Shown in pieces: positions 35,357-49,149 of a stretch of DNA of 64,000 nucleotides. Below the pieces are notes generated by a model, which saw nothing but the letters and a program-made list of their open reading frames with translations, was not told the DNA's origin and did not search any database. A program made the translations under genes and the position numbers. Numbering within the stretch: position 1 is the stretch's first letter; every line of letters begins with the position of its first letter. Source of the DNA: Eledone cirrhosa (taxonomy: Eukaryota); the NCBI GenBank assembly GCA_964016885.1, contig OZ024754.1, forward strand, positions 24,800,001 through 24,864,000. Reading direction: 5' to 3'.

Positions 35357-38300
35357 TGTGTCGTGAACATAGCATGACTGTTGTGTCGTGAACAGAGCAT
35401 GACTGTTGTGTTGTGAACATAGCATGATTGTTGTGTTGTGAACATAGCATGACTGTTGTGTTGTGAACATAGCATGACTGTTGTGTCGTGAACAGAGCAT
35501 GACTGTTGTGTTGTGAACATAGCATGATTGTTGTGTTGTGAACATAGCATGATTGTTGTGTTGTGAACATAGCATGACTGTTGTGTCGTGAACATAGCAT
35601 GACTGTTGTGTTGTGAACATAGCATGACTGTTGTGTTGTGAACATAGCATGACTGTTGTGTTGTGAACATAGCATGACTGTTGTGTCGTGAACAGAGCAT
35701 GACTGTTGTGTTGTGAACATAGCATGATTGTTGTGTTGTGAACATAGCATGATTGTTGTGTTGTGAACATAGCATGACTGTTGTGTCGTGAACATAGCAT
35801 GACTGTTGTGTCGTGAACATAGCATGACTGTTGTGTTGTGAACATAACATGACTGTTGTGTTGTGAACATAGCATGACTGTTGTGTCGTGAACAGAGCAT
35901 GACTGTTGTGTTGTGAACATAGCATGATTGTTGTGTTGTGAACATAGCATGATTGTTGTGTTGTGAACATAGCATGACTGTTGTGTCGTGAACATAGCAT
36001 GACTGTTGTGTCGTGAACATAGCATGACTGTTGTGTCGTGAACATAGCATGACTGTTGTGTTGTGAACATAGCATGACTGTTGTGTCGTGAACATAGCAT
36101 GACTGTTGTGTTGTGAACATAGCATGATTGTTGTGTTGTGAACATAGCATGATTGTTGTGTTGTGAACATAGCATGATTGTTGTGTTGTGAACATAGCAT
36201 GACTGTTGTGTTGTGAACATAGCATGATTGTTGTGTTGTGAACATAGCATGACTGTTGTGTTGTGAACATAGCATGATTGTTGTGTTGTGAACATAGCAT
36301 GATTGTTGTGTTGTGAACATAGCATGACTGTTGTGTTGTGAACATAGCATGATTGTTGTGTTGTGAACATAGCATGACTGTTGTGTTGTGAACATAGCAT
36401 GATTGTTGTGTTGTGAACATAGCATGATTGTTGTGTTGTGAACATAGCATGACTGTTGTGTTGTGAACATAGCATGATTGTTGTGTTGTGAACATAGCAT
36501 GATTGTTGTGTTGTGAACATAGCATGATTGTTGTGTTGTGAACATAGCATGATTGCTGTGTTGTGAACATAGCATGACTGTTGTGTTGTGAACATAGCAT
36601 GATTGTTGTGTTGTGAACATAGCATGATTGTTGTGTTGTGAACATAGCATGATTGTTGTGTTGTGAACATAGCATGATTGTTGTGTTGTGAACATAGCAT
36701 GATTGTTGTGTTGTGAACATAGCATGATTGTTGTGTTGTGAACATAGCATGATTGTTGTGTTGTGAACATAGCATGATTGTTGTGTTGTGAACATAGCAT
36801 GACTGTTGTGTTGTGAACATAGCATGATTGTTGTGTTGTGAACATAGCATGATTGTTGTGTTGTGAACATAGCATGATTGTTGTGTTGTGAACATAGCAT
36901 GATTGTTGTGTTGTGAACATAGCATGACTGTTGTGTTGTGAACATAGCATGATTGTTGTGTTGTGAACATAGCATGACTGTTGTGTTGTGAACATAGCAT
37001 GATTGTTGTGTTGTGAACATAGCATGATTGTTGTGTTGTGAACATAGCATGACTGTTGTGTCGTGAACATAGCATGACTGTTGTGTCGTGAACATAGCAT
37101 GACTGTTGTGTTGTGAACATAACATGACTGTTGTGTTGTGAACATAGCATGACTGTTGTGTCGTGAACAGAGCATGACTGTTGTGTTGTGAACATAGCAT
37201 GATTGTTGTGTTGTGAACATAGCATGATTGTTGTGTTGTGAACATAGCATGACTGTTGTGTCGTGAACATAGCATGACTGTTGTGTCGTGAACATAGCAT
37301 GACTGTTGTGTCGTGAACATAGCATGACTGTTGTGTTGTGAACATAGCATGACTGTTGTGTCGTGAACATAGCATGACTGTTGTGTTGTGAACATAGCAT
37401 GATTGTTGTGTTGTGAACATAGCATGATTGTTGTGTTGTGAACATAGCATGATTGTTGTGTTGTGAACATAGCATGACTGTTGTGTTGTGAACATAGCAT
37501 GATTGTTGTGTTGTGAACATAGCATGACTGTTGTGTTGTGAACATAGCATGATTGTTGTGTTGTGAACATAGCATGATTGTTGTGTTGTGAACATAGCAT
37601 GACTGTTGTGTTGTGAACATAGCATGATTGTTGTGTTGTGAACATAGCATGATTGTTGTGTTGTGAACATAGCACGATTGCTGTGTTGTGAACATAGCAT
37701 GATTGTTGTGTTGTGAACATAGCATGATTGTTGTGTTGTGAACATAGCATGATTATTGTGTCGTGAACATAGCATGATTGTTGTGTTGTGAACATAGCAT
37801 GATTGTGTTGTGAACATAGCATGATTGTTGTGTTGTGAACATAGCATGATTGTTGTGTTGTGAACATAGCATGACTGTTGTGTTGTGAACATAGCATGAT
37901 TGTTGTGTTGTGAACATAGCATGATTGTTGTGTTGTGAACATAGCATGATTGTTGTGTTGTGAACATAGCATGATTGCTGTGTTGTGAACATAGCATGAC
38001 TGTTGTGTTGTGAACATAGCATGATTGTTGTGTTGTGAACATAGCATGATTGTTGTGTTGTGAACATAGCATGATTGTTGTGTTGTGAACATAGCATGAT
38101 TGTTGTGTTGTGAACATAGCATGATTGTTGTGTTGTGAACATAGCATGATTGTTGTGTTGTGAACATAGCATGATTGTTGTGTTGTGAACATAGCATGAT
38201 TGTTGTGTTGTGAACATAGCATGACTGTTGTGTTGTGAACATAGCATGATTGTTGTGTTGTGAACATAGCATGATTGTTGTGTTGTGAACATAGCATGAT

Positions 38301-41300
38301 TGTTGTGTTGTGAACATAGCATGATTGTTGTGTTGTGAACATAGCATGACTGTTGTGTTGTGAACATAGCATGATTGTTGTGTTGTGAACATAGCATGAC
38401 TGTTGTGTTGTGAACATAGCATGATTGTTGTGTCGTGAACATAGCATGATTGTTGTGTTGTGAACATAGCATGATTGTTGTGTTGTGAACATAGCATGAT
38501 TGTTGTGTTGTGAACATAGCATGATTGTTGTGTTGTGAACATAGCATGACTGTTGTGTTGTGAACATAGCATGATTGTTGTGTTGTGAACATAGCATGAT
38601 TGTTGTGTTGTGAACATAGCATGATTGTTGTGTTGTGAACATAGCATGATTGCTGTGTTGTGAACATAGCATGACTGTTGTGTTGTGAACATAGCATGAT
38701 TGTTGTGTTGTGAACATAGCATGATTGTTGTGTTGTGAACATAGCATGATTGTTGTGTTGTGAACATAGCATGATTGTTGTGTTGTGAACATAGCATGAT
38801 TGTTGTGTTGTGAACATAGCATGATTGTTGTGTTGTGAACATAGCATGATTGTTGTGTTGTGAACATAGCATGATTGTTGTGTTGTGAACATAGCATGAC
38901 TGTTGTGTTGTGAACATAGCATGATTGTTGTGTTGTGAACATAGCATGATTGTTGTGTTGTGAACATAGCATGATTGTTGTGTTGTGAACATAGCATGAT
39001 TGCTGTGTTGTGAACATAGCATGACTGTTGTGTTGTGAACATAGCATGATTGTTGTGTTGTGAACATAGCATGATTGTTGTGTTGTGAACATAGCATGAT
39101 TGTTGTGTTGTGAACATAGCATGATTGTTGTGTTGTGAACATAGCATGATTGTTGTGTTGTGAACATAGCATGATTGTTGTGTTGTGAACATAGCATGAT
39201 TGTTGTGTTGTGAACATAGCATGATTGTTGTGTTGTGAACATAGCATGACTGTTGTGTTGTGAACATAGCATGATTGTTGTGTTGTGAACATAGCATGAT
39301 TGTTGTGTTGTGAACATAGCATGATTGTTGTGTTGTGAACATAGCATGATTGTTGTGTTGTGAACATAGCATGACTGTTGTGTTGTGAACATAGCATGAT
39401 TGTTGTGTTGTGAACATAGCATGACTGTTGTGTTGTGAACATAGCATGATTGTTGTGTTGTGAACATAGCATGATTGTTGTGTTGTGAACATAGCATGAC
39501 TGTTGTGTCGTGAACATAGCATGACTGTTGTGTCGTGAACATAGCATGACTGTTGTGTTGTGAACATAACATGACTGTTGTGTTGTGAACATAGCATGAC
39601 TGTTGTGTCGTGAACAGAGCATGACTGTTGTGTTGTGAACATAGCATGATTGTTGTGTTGTGAACATAGCATGATTGTTGTGTTGTGAACATAGCATGAC
39701 TGTTGTGTCGTGAACATAGCATGACTGTTGTGTCGTGAACATAGCATGACTGTTGTGTCGTGAACATAGCATGACTGTTGTGTTGTGAACATAGTATGAC
39801 TGTTGTGTCGTGAACATAGCATGACTGTTGTGTTGTGAACATAGCATGATTGTTGTGTTGTGAACATAGCATGATTGTTGTGTTGTGAACATAGCATGAT
39901 TGTTGTGTTGTGAACATAGCATGACTGTTGTGTTGTGAACATAGCATGATTGTTGTGTTGTGAACATAGCATGACTGTTGTGTTGTGAACATAGCATGAT
40001 TGTTGTGTTGTGAACATAGCATGATTGTTGTGTTGTGAACATAGCATGACTGTTGTGTTGTGAACATAGCATGATTGTTGTGTTGTGAACATAGCATGAT
40101 TGTTGTGTTGTGAACATAGCACGATTGCTGTGTTGTGAACATAGCATGATTGTTGTGTTGTGAACATAGCATGATTGTTGTGTTGTGAACATAGCATGAT
40201 TATTGTGTCGTGAACATAGCATGATTGTTGTGTTGTGAACATAGTATGATTGTGTTGTGAACATAGCATGATTGTTGTGTTGTGAACATAGCATGATTGT
40301 TGTGTTGTGAACATAGCATGACTGTTGTGTTGTGAACATAGCATGATTGTTGTGTTGTGAACATAGCATGATTGTTGTGTTGTGAACATAGCATGATTGT
40401 TGTGTTGTGAACATAGCATGATTGCTGTGTTGTGAACATAGCATGACTGTTGTGTTGTGAACATAGCATGATTGTTGTGTTGTGAACATAGCATGATTGT
40501 TGTGTTGTGAACATAGCATGATTGTTGTGTTGTGAACATAGCATGATTGTTGTGTTGTGAACATAGCATGATTGTTGTGTTGTGAACATAGCATGATTGT
40601 TGTGTTGTGAACATAGCATGATTGTTGTGTTGTGAACATAGCATGATTGTTGTGTTGTGAACATAGCATGACTGTTGTGTTGTGAACATAGCATGATTGT
40701 TGTGTTGTGAACATAGCATGATTGTTGTGTTGTGAACATAGCATGATTGTTGTGTTGTGAACATAGCATGATTGTTGTGTTGTGAACATAGCATGACTGT
40801 TGTGTTGTGAACATAGCATGATTGTTGTGTTGTGAACATAGCATGACTGTTGTGTTGTGAACATAGCATGATTGTTGTGTCGTGAACATAGCATGATTGT
40901 TGTGTTGTGAACATAGCATGATTGTTGTGTTGTGAACATAGCATGATTGTTGTGTTGTGAACATAGCATGATTGTTGTGTTGTGAACATAGCATGACTGT
41001 TGTGTTGTGAACATAGCATGATTGTTGTGTTGTGAACATAGCATGATTGTTGTGTTGTGAACATAGCATGATTGTTGTGTTGTGAACATAGCATGATTGC
41101 TGTGTTGTGAACATAGCATGACTGTTGTGTTGTGAACATAGCATGATTGTTGTGTTGTGAACATAGCATGATTGTTGTGTTGTGAACATAGCATGATTGT
41201 TGTGTTGTGAACATAGCATGATTGTTGTGTTGTGAACATAGCATGATTGTTGTGTTGTGAACATAGCATGATTGTTGTGTTGTGAACATAGCATGATTGT

Positions 41301-41836
41301 TGTGTTGTGAACATAGCATGATTGTTGTGTTGTGAACATAGCATGACTGTTGTGTTGTGAACATAGCATGATTGTTGTGTTGTGAACATAGCATGATTGT
41401 TGTGTTGTGAACATAGCATGATTGTTGTGTTGTGAACATAGCATGATTGTTGTGTTGTGAACATAGCATGACTGTTGTGTTGTGAACATAGCATGATTGT
41501 TGTGTTGTGAACATAGCATGATTGTTGTGTTGTGAACATAGCATGATTGTTGTGTTGTGAACATAGCATGATTGTTGTGTTGTGAACATAGCATGATTGT
41601 TGTGTTGTGAACATAGCATGATTGTTGTGTTGTGAACATAGCATGATTGTTGTGTTGTGAACATAGCATGATTGTTGTGTTGTGAACATAGCATGACTGT
41701 TGTGTTGTGAACATAGCATGATTGTTGTGTTGTGAACATAGCATGATTGTTGTGTTGTGAACATAGCATGATTGTTGTGTTGTGAACATAGCATGATTGT
41801 TGTGTTGTGAACATAGCATGACTGTTGTGTTGTGAA
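35357..41836. repeat. 25-bp tandem satellite GTGAACATAGCATGAYTGTTGTGTY (about 260 copies)
   Basis: 25-bp period read directly. The 25-aa period of the minus-strand ORFs equals 3 x 25 bp. Confidence 0.98.
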
Positions 41837-42030
41837 TGACATCGATAAATGAACATAGAACGACATAGACAACTTTCTCCATCATATACGACAATAGTTG
41901 ATGAGTTGTGCTCAACAAAAACTACACTACATGCAGGAACATTTCAACAAAGAACATTAAGACGTTTTATAGCTGTCTTTATTTTTCACCTTTTTTTTCA
42001 ATTATTTTTGCTTCTTTTGCCTTCTTTTTG

Positions 42031-42034
<4 letters not shown>

Positions 42035-42102
<68 letters not shown>
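42035..42102. repeat. (CT)n microsatellite
   Basis: Pure CT run. Confidence 0.97.
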
Positions 42103-42107
<5 letters not shown>

Positions 42108-42284
42108 CCTTCCCTCTCTCTCATTTTTGTTTCTAAATTATAAGGAGTATTAGATACCCCTCCTAGTCTGTCATGTCTTACTAACTCTATACGGACATTT
42201 AAATTAATTAAATAAGTATAATGAATAAAATACTGTGGTGGTGGTAGTTAATACTGAAAGAGAGCATTGTTTGGTCTTCTGTAT

Positions 42285-42800
42285 TGTTGATATACCGGTG
42301 GTCGGCTCAAGAGAACTGTTGATATACCGGTGGTCGGCTCAAGAGAACTGTTGATATACCGGTGGTCGGCTCAAGAGAACTGTTGATATACCGGTGGTCG
42401 GCTCAAGAGAACTGTTGATATACCGGTGGTCGGCTCAAGAGAACTGTTGATATACCGGTGGTCGGCTCAAGAGAACTGTTGATATACCGGTGGTCGGCTC
42501 AAGAGAACTGTTGATATACCGGTGGTCGGCTCAGGTGAACTGTTGATATACCGGTGGTCGGCTCAAGTGAACTGTTGATATACCGGTGGTCGGCTCAAGT
42601 GAACTGTTGATATACCGGTGGTCCTCTCAAGTTGAACTGTTTATATGACGGTGTCTGCTCAAGTTGAACTGTTTATATACCGGTGGTCGGCTCAAATTGA
42701 ACTGTTTATATGACGGTGTATGCTCAAATTGAACTGTTGATATACCGGTGGTCGGCTCAAGTGCACTGTTGATATGACGGTGGCCTGCCCATGTGAACTG
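42285..42800. repeat. 32-bp minisatellite TGTTGATATACCGGTGGTCGGCTCAAGAGAAC (about 16 copies, degenerating to the right)
   Basis: GATATACC recurs at 42289, 42321, 42353 and onward. There are no unique spacers. Confidence 0.95.
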
Positions 42801-42872
42801 ATGCTATTTTATAGCGTCTCAGCCTATATATATATATATGTATGTGTATATATATATATAGAGAGAGAGAGA

Positions 42873-43612
42873 GAATTCACAAGAATCAAAGCTATGTTCA
42901 AAGTATTTATTCACTTACAATTGTTTCATCCAAACCTAGGCTTGGAGTCTTCGGAGCATTTTTCAATGTTTGTACACATAATTGACCTCCTTTCCAACGC
43001 AAGAGACATACAGATACATATATATATATTGATGTACAGTGGAGTGACATATATTATACTATACTATCTTTGTACAGCAATTCAAATTCAAAATCAAAAT
43101 CAAAATCAAAATTAAAATAAAAATCAAAATTAAAATACATTCGGCAGATAACACAGATAATGCAAGAGGATAACCACCATAATAATCTTGCTTACCCGCT
43201 TAAAGTGCTTGCATTACATGTAACACCCTGCCACACAATAATCGTATAAAAATGAGACACACTTGCATGCTCCATGTGTAACTAACGCATACACTACCTA
43301 TTAGATCTGACAATCAAACTATCCTCTTGCATTATCTGTGTTATCTGCCGAATGTATTTTAATTTTGATTTTGATTTTGATTTTAATTTTGATTTTCATT
43401 TTGAATTTGAATTGCTGTACAAAAATAGTATAGTATAATATATGTCACTCCACTGTACATCAATATATATATATATATATGTATCTGTATGTCTCTTGCG
43501 TTGGAAAGGAGGTCAATTATGTGTACAAACATTGAAAAATGCTCCGAAGACTCCAAGCCTAGGTTTGGATGAAACAATTGCTTTGAACATAGCTTTGATT
43601 CTTGCGAATTCT
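42873..43612. mobile_element. Fold-back element: inverted arms of about 295 bp (42873-43171 and 43320-43612) around a loop of about 150 bp; probable PLE pseudo-LTR derivative
   Basis: The arms are near-perfect reverse complements, also seen as the mirrored ORFs 42774+ and 43383-. Each arm carries an HHR-like motif. The flanks are (TA)/(GA)n and TATATA. Confidence 0.8.
42912..42958 (-). ncRNA. Hammerhead-like motif (U4C core variant)
   Basis: The minus strand reads UGCU-CCGAAGA-c UCCAAGC cuag GUUUGGA u-GAAA-CAAUUG-UA-AGUG. Helix III is palindromic, helix II has 7 bp, and helix I is weak. Confidence 0.6.
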
Positions 43613-43768
43613 ATATAACTGCTCTGTAGAACAACTGATGTTATTACATTGAGCTATTTATCTTACTGGTAATAAGGTAGTAATAAATTACTGACCTTCA
43701 CTGTTTAGGGTTTAAAATATACATAACTATAAAAAGTTTTAATATATACATAAACATAAATAGTATCC

Positions 43769-43776
<8 letters not shown>

Positions 43777-43834
<58 letters not shown>
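43777..43834. repeat. (TA)n microsatellite
   Basis: Pure TA run. Confidence 0.97.
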
Positions 43835-43836
<2 letters not shown>

Positions 43837-44012
43837 CCGGGAGGTTATTTCCGTAGTAAGTACAGCTAGCAGTCTAGAGGATGAGTTTGTATAGAGTTAG
43901 TTCCACAATAAATTTGAAAACCAAACGTGCGTTTCACCCAACGGATTTTCGACCAAGGCTGATAACTCGTTGGGTGAAACGGCCATCGCTGCACACGTTT
44001 GCTTAGTCATTA

Positions 44013-44206
44013 AGCGGTGGATTGGCAGTATCGGTAGAAGGTCGGACGCCATGCTTTGCAGCATAGAGTTACGGCCCATTACGCTCTGAGTTCAAATCCC
44101 GCCGAGGTTAACTTTCTCTTTCATCCTTACGGGGTCAATAAAATAAAGTACCAGTAATACACTGGAGTAATTGCTCGCCTTGTGCCAAAGGTAGAAACAA
44201 TTGTTA
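44013..44206 (+). mobile_element. tRNA-derived SINE copy resembling the abundant octopus SINE family
   Basis: A-box-like TGGCAGTATCGGTAG, B-box-like GAGTTCAAATCCC, and body GCCGAGGTTAACTTT...TCATCC...GGGGTC...AAGTACCAGT. It is similar to the copy at 54499-54690. The family name comes from memory. Confidence 0.75.
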
Positions 44207-44247
44207 GGCTTGAAGAGATGACCATATGGAATAATAGACGTGGTGAT

Positions 44248-45185
44248 GTGAATCTATATATTCTGTTAATCTATATATTCTGTTAATCTATATATTCTGT
44301 TAATCTATATATTCTGTTAATCTATATATTCTGTTAATCTATATATTCTGTGAATCTATATATTCTGTGAATCTATATATTCTGTTAATCTATATAATCT
44401 GTTAATCTATATATTCTGTTAAACTATATATTCTCTTAAACTATATATTCTGTTAATCTATATATTCTCTTAATCTATATAATCTGTTAATCAATATATT
44501 CTGTTAAACTATATATTCTCTTAAACTATATATTCTGTTAATCTATATATTCTCTTAATCTATGTATTCTGTGAATCTATATATTCTGTTAATCTATATA
44601 TTCTGTTAATCTATATATTCTGTTAATCTATATAATCTGTTAATCTATATATTCTGTTAAACTATATATTCTCTTAAACTATATATTCTGTTAATCTATA
44701 TATTCTCTTAATCTATATAATCTGTTAATCTATATATTCTGTTAAACTATATATTCTCTTAATCTATATATTCTGTTAATCTATATATTCTCTTAATCTA
44801 TATAATCTGTTAATCTATATATTCTGTTAAACTATATATTCTCTTAAACTATATATTCTGTTAATCTATATATTCTCTTAATCTATATAATCTGTTAATC
44901 TATATATTCTGTTAAACTATATATTCTCTTAAACTATATATTCTGTTAATCTATATATTCTCTTAATCTATATAATCTGTTAATCTATATATTCTGTTAA
45001 ACTATATATTCTCTTAAACTATATATTCTGTTAATCTATATATTCTCTTAATCTATATAATCTGTTAATCTATATATTCTGTTAAACTATATATTCTCTT
45101 AAACTATATATTCTGTTAATCTATATATTCTCTTAATCTATATAATCTGTTAATCTATATATTCTGGTAAACTATATATTCTGTA
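44248..45185. repeat. 17-bp AT-rich minisatellite TTAATCTATATATTCTG with an 85-bp (5-mer) higher-order repeat
   Basis: AATC occurs at 44285, 44302 and 44319. The variant TATAATCTG recurs every 85 bp from 44631 to 45141. Confidence 0.95.
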
Positions 45186-46110
45186 AATCCCTTTTGGAAA
45201 TAAATGCAGAAGTACAGAATGTGTAGAATATAGTGACATGGTGAGGGGGAGAGATGTGGGTGTGTGTGTAGGGGGGGGGGGGGGGGGGGGGGTAGATGTG
45301 TATATCTGCTTGTGTGTGAGCGTGTGTGGGGGTGTTTGTGTGCGCGTATGTACAGGCGAACGTGTGCGTGTGTTTGAATATGTGCAATGTACCTGTATCT
45401 GTTTGTGTGCGTCTGTATGTGTATGTGTGCATATATATATATGTGTGTGTGTGTGTATATACATGTATGTATGTGCCTGTGTATGTATGTGTTCCTGTGG
45501 CGAAGTTGTCTAAAATAGGGGTTGTCCTACCCTTTTCCCGCTTCTTTTATATTTGCTCACCGCCCATTTTCTCGTATTTTAGCAAGATTACAACATGCCT
45601 CCGCCCATTTAACATAAAATCGGAAAATATTTCGACAGTACATTATTACAAAAAAAACAATAAAATTGGTAATAAATTATATTTGGAGTTGCCTTTATTA
45701 CCAATCATGGAAATTCAGCAATTCTTCTATCGATATTTTTCGATAAAAAATGATTTTGTCTCAAATTTAAATCAGAAACCCTTTAATGATAACTTTTGAT
45801 GGGTTTTTTTTCACCTAAAAATGTTTTTAATCATATTTATAGAGGAAGAAATATATAATTAATATTTACCTTCAATCAGAACTCTGCAGCTAATTTTTGC
45901 TAAATATTAAGATGTTCCTTGCTGGTTCCCCATTCGCTTCACCATCATCTATGTGTGCCAGTGGTATGTTATGCCTTTCAAACTATGATTTATAAATGTT
46001 GCAAAAAATAAATGCACCTTTTGTGTCAGTAGTAAGAGAGAGCGGGGTTGGAGCTACTATTTAAGCCAAACTGGCAGCCGCCTATGGCGCATACTTTAGA
46101 GTGGTGAACC

Positions 46111-46326
46111 TTAACTCTTTAACATTTAAACCTGCCATATCCGGCCAGAATTCTCTCACCTCTTTCTGTTCAAACTGGCCATAACCGGGTGCTCATACTT
46201 ATGTTAAGGTACTGTTCTCAAAATAAATAATATCAAGATCTCATAGATTCGATATTATGTAAGATAAAGTGTTTACTGTGAAAATATATTAGTAAATATA
46301 GAGTAATGTAAATGCTAAAGAGTTAA
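46111..46326. mobile_element. MITE with TTAA flanks (piggyBac-like)
   Basis: TTAA-CTCTTTAACATTTA ... TAAATGCTAAAGAG-TTAA gives terminal inverted repeats matching at 13 of 14 bp, with TTAA on both sides. Confidence 0.75.
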
Positions 46327-46614
46327 AGCGTCACAGTTTTGTACAAATGTGTAGAACTAAATGAAATACATAACAATTTCCTGCAATTAAGAAATATGTG
46401 AAATGGTGAAGAAGATCATCACATGCTTCAGCGGGAATGAGTGGGGACTGAGAAGTGGAAAATGCTCGCTTAGTCAGCGTCAATATTTAAGTTGAAATTA
46501 TATTATTTGGGAGAATGAGGGGCGCCTAACTAGGTGAATGTGGCGTACATTGTAGAACTAAATACCCAGATATCGGTCTATTGGGAAAAAAGTATTTCTT
46601 GTAGTACATTGTTG

Positions 46615-46911
46615 CAGGGCCGGATTTAAGGTGGGAGCACAAAGGGGCAATTGCCCGGGGCACCCTACAGTGAGTGTGCCAACCAGCGACGGCCGTAGCA
46701 ATTTATTTGTACCCTCAGCTGGGCATTTTAGTTTTAGGATGGTTAGAATTTTTTTATTTAATACCTTTTCAATTCCAATTACTAGCGCCAAGCTAACTTT
46801 GATATGTAAAATTCGAAAGAGGGTGCTGTGTATTCTATTTTTTTTTTTGTGTATGAGGGGCTGCCCAAACCTGAAGTTCCCCGGGGCCCCCAAGGTCTGA
46901 ATCCAACTCTG
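46615..46911. mobile_element. Probable hAT-like MITE
   Basis: CAGGGCCGGATT ... AATCCAACTCTG is an imperfect TIR (9/12), with subterminal CCCGGGGC motifs at both ends. The target-site duplication is not clean. Confidence 0.5.
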
Positions 46912-47195
46912 CATATTTTCACCAAAATAAAAATTCCGAATAATGGAAAAAGACAAATACGGTGTTATCCAAGACTGTTGTTTTGTCTTCTTGAAACGAA
47001 AAAGAACTTCGTTGAAGAATAAATCGGTGGTTCCCAACCTGGCGTCGGCAAAGGTGTTGGACTTACCTAGAAGCTAAATACTTGTGTGGCTTCAGGCCTC
47101 TACCCTCGGGGTCCTTATTTTTTTTTTATATATATTTTCCTTTTATCATTAGTTTTTATTCTTAAACACTAAATCATCAAAAATCACATACACAT

Positions 47196-49110
47196 ACCAC
47201 CATCACCACCACCACCACCACTATCACCACCACCACTATCACCACCACCACCACCATCACCACCACCACCACCACCACCATCACCACCACCACCACCACC
47301 ACCATCACCACCATCACCACCGCCACCACCACCACCACCATCACCACCATCACCACCACCACCATCACCACCACCACCCCCATCACCATCATCACCACCA
47401 CCTTCACCACCACCACCACCACCACCACCACCACCACCACCACCACCATCACCACCACCATCACCACCATCACCACCGCCACCACCACCACCACCATCAC
47501 CACCACAACCACCAACACCACCATCAGCACCATCACCACCACCCCCATCACCATCATCACCACCACCATCACCACCACCACCACCACCATCATCACCACC
47601 ACCACCACCACCACCATCACCACCACCATCACCACCACCATCACCACCATCACCACCACCACCACCACCACCACCATCACCACCACCATCACCACCACTA
47701 TCTCCATCACTACCACTACCACCATCACCACCACCACCACTATCACCATCACTACCACTACCACCATCACCACCACCACCACTATCACCATCACTACCAC
47801 TACCACCATCACCACCACTATCCCCATCACTACCACTACCACCATCACCACCACCACCACTATCACCATCACTACCACTACCACCATCACCACCACCGCC
47901 ACTATCACCATCACTACCACTACCACCATCACCACCACCGCCACTATCACCATCACTACCATTACCACCATCACCACCACCGCCACTATCACCATCACTA
48001 CCACTACCACCATCACCACCACCGCCACTATCACCATCACTACCACTACCACCATCACCACCACCACCACTATCACCATCACTACCACTACCACCATCAC
48101 CTCCACTATCTCCATCACTACCACTACCACCATCACCACCACCACCACTATCACCATCACTACCACTACCACCATCACCACCACCGCCACTATCACCATC
48201 ACTACCACTACCACCATCACCACCACCGCCACTATCACCATCACTACCATTACCACCATCACCACCACCGCCACTATCACCATCACTACCACTACCACCA
48301 TCACCACCACCGCCACTATCACCATCACTACCACTACCACCATCACCACCACCACCACTACCACCATCACCACCACCACTATCACCATCACTACCACTAC
48401 CACCATCACCACCACCACCACTATCACCATCACTACCACTACCACCATCACCACCACCGCCACTATCACCATCACTACCACTACCACCATCACCACCACC
48501 ACCACTATCATTACCACCACCACCACCACCACCACTATCACCATCACTACCACTACCACCATCACCACCACCACCACTATCACCATCACTACCACTACCA
48601 CCATCACCACCACCGCCACTATCACCATCACTACCACTACCACCATCACCACCACCGCCACTATCACCATCACTACCACTACCACCATCACCACCACCAC
48701 CACTATCATTACCACCACCACCACCACTATCACCATCACTACCACTACCACCATCACCACCACCACCACTATCACCATCACTACCACTACCACCATCACC
48801 ACCACCGCCACTATCACCATCACTACCACTACCACCATCACCACCACCACCACTATCATTACCACCACCACCACCACTATCACCATCACTACCACTACCA
48901 CCATCACCACCACCACCACTATCACCATCACTACCACTACCACCATCACCACCACCACCACTATCACCATCACTACCACTACCACCATCACCACCACCGC
49001 CACTATCACCATCACTACCACTACCACCATCACCACCACCGCCACTATCTCCATCACTACCACCATCACCACCACTATCACCATCACTATCATTACCACC
49101 ATCACCACCA
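47196..49110. repeat. (ACC/ATC)n trinucleotide array grading into a 42-bp minisatellite
   Basis: Simple repeat to about 47690, then the unit ACCACCATCACCACCACCGCCACTATCACCATCACTACCACT. Confidence 0.95.
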
Positions 49111-49149
49111 ACAATGATAATTGTTTGCTGACTCACAACACGTGACAAA

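Noticed and set aside
35031-41918. Long MLCSQHNNHAMFTTQQ ORFs
   Set aside because: All three minus frames give the same peptide because the 25-bp unit has no stop on that strand.
42285-42800. CRISPR-like 32-bp repeats
   Set aside because: The repeats are head-to-tail with no spacers, there are no cas genes, and the context is eukaryotic.
47026-47040. hAT-like terminus CGGTGGTTCCCAACC
   Set aside because: No matching opposite end was found.
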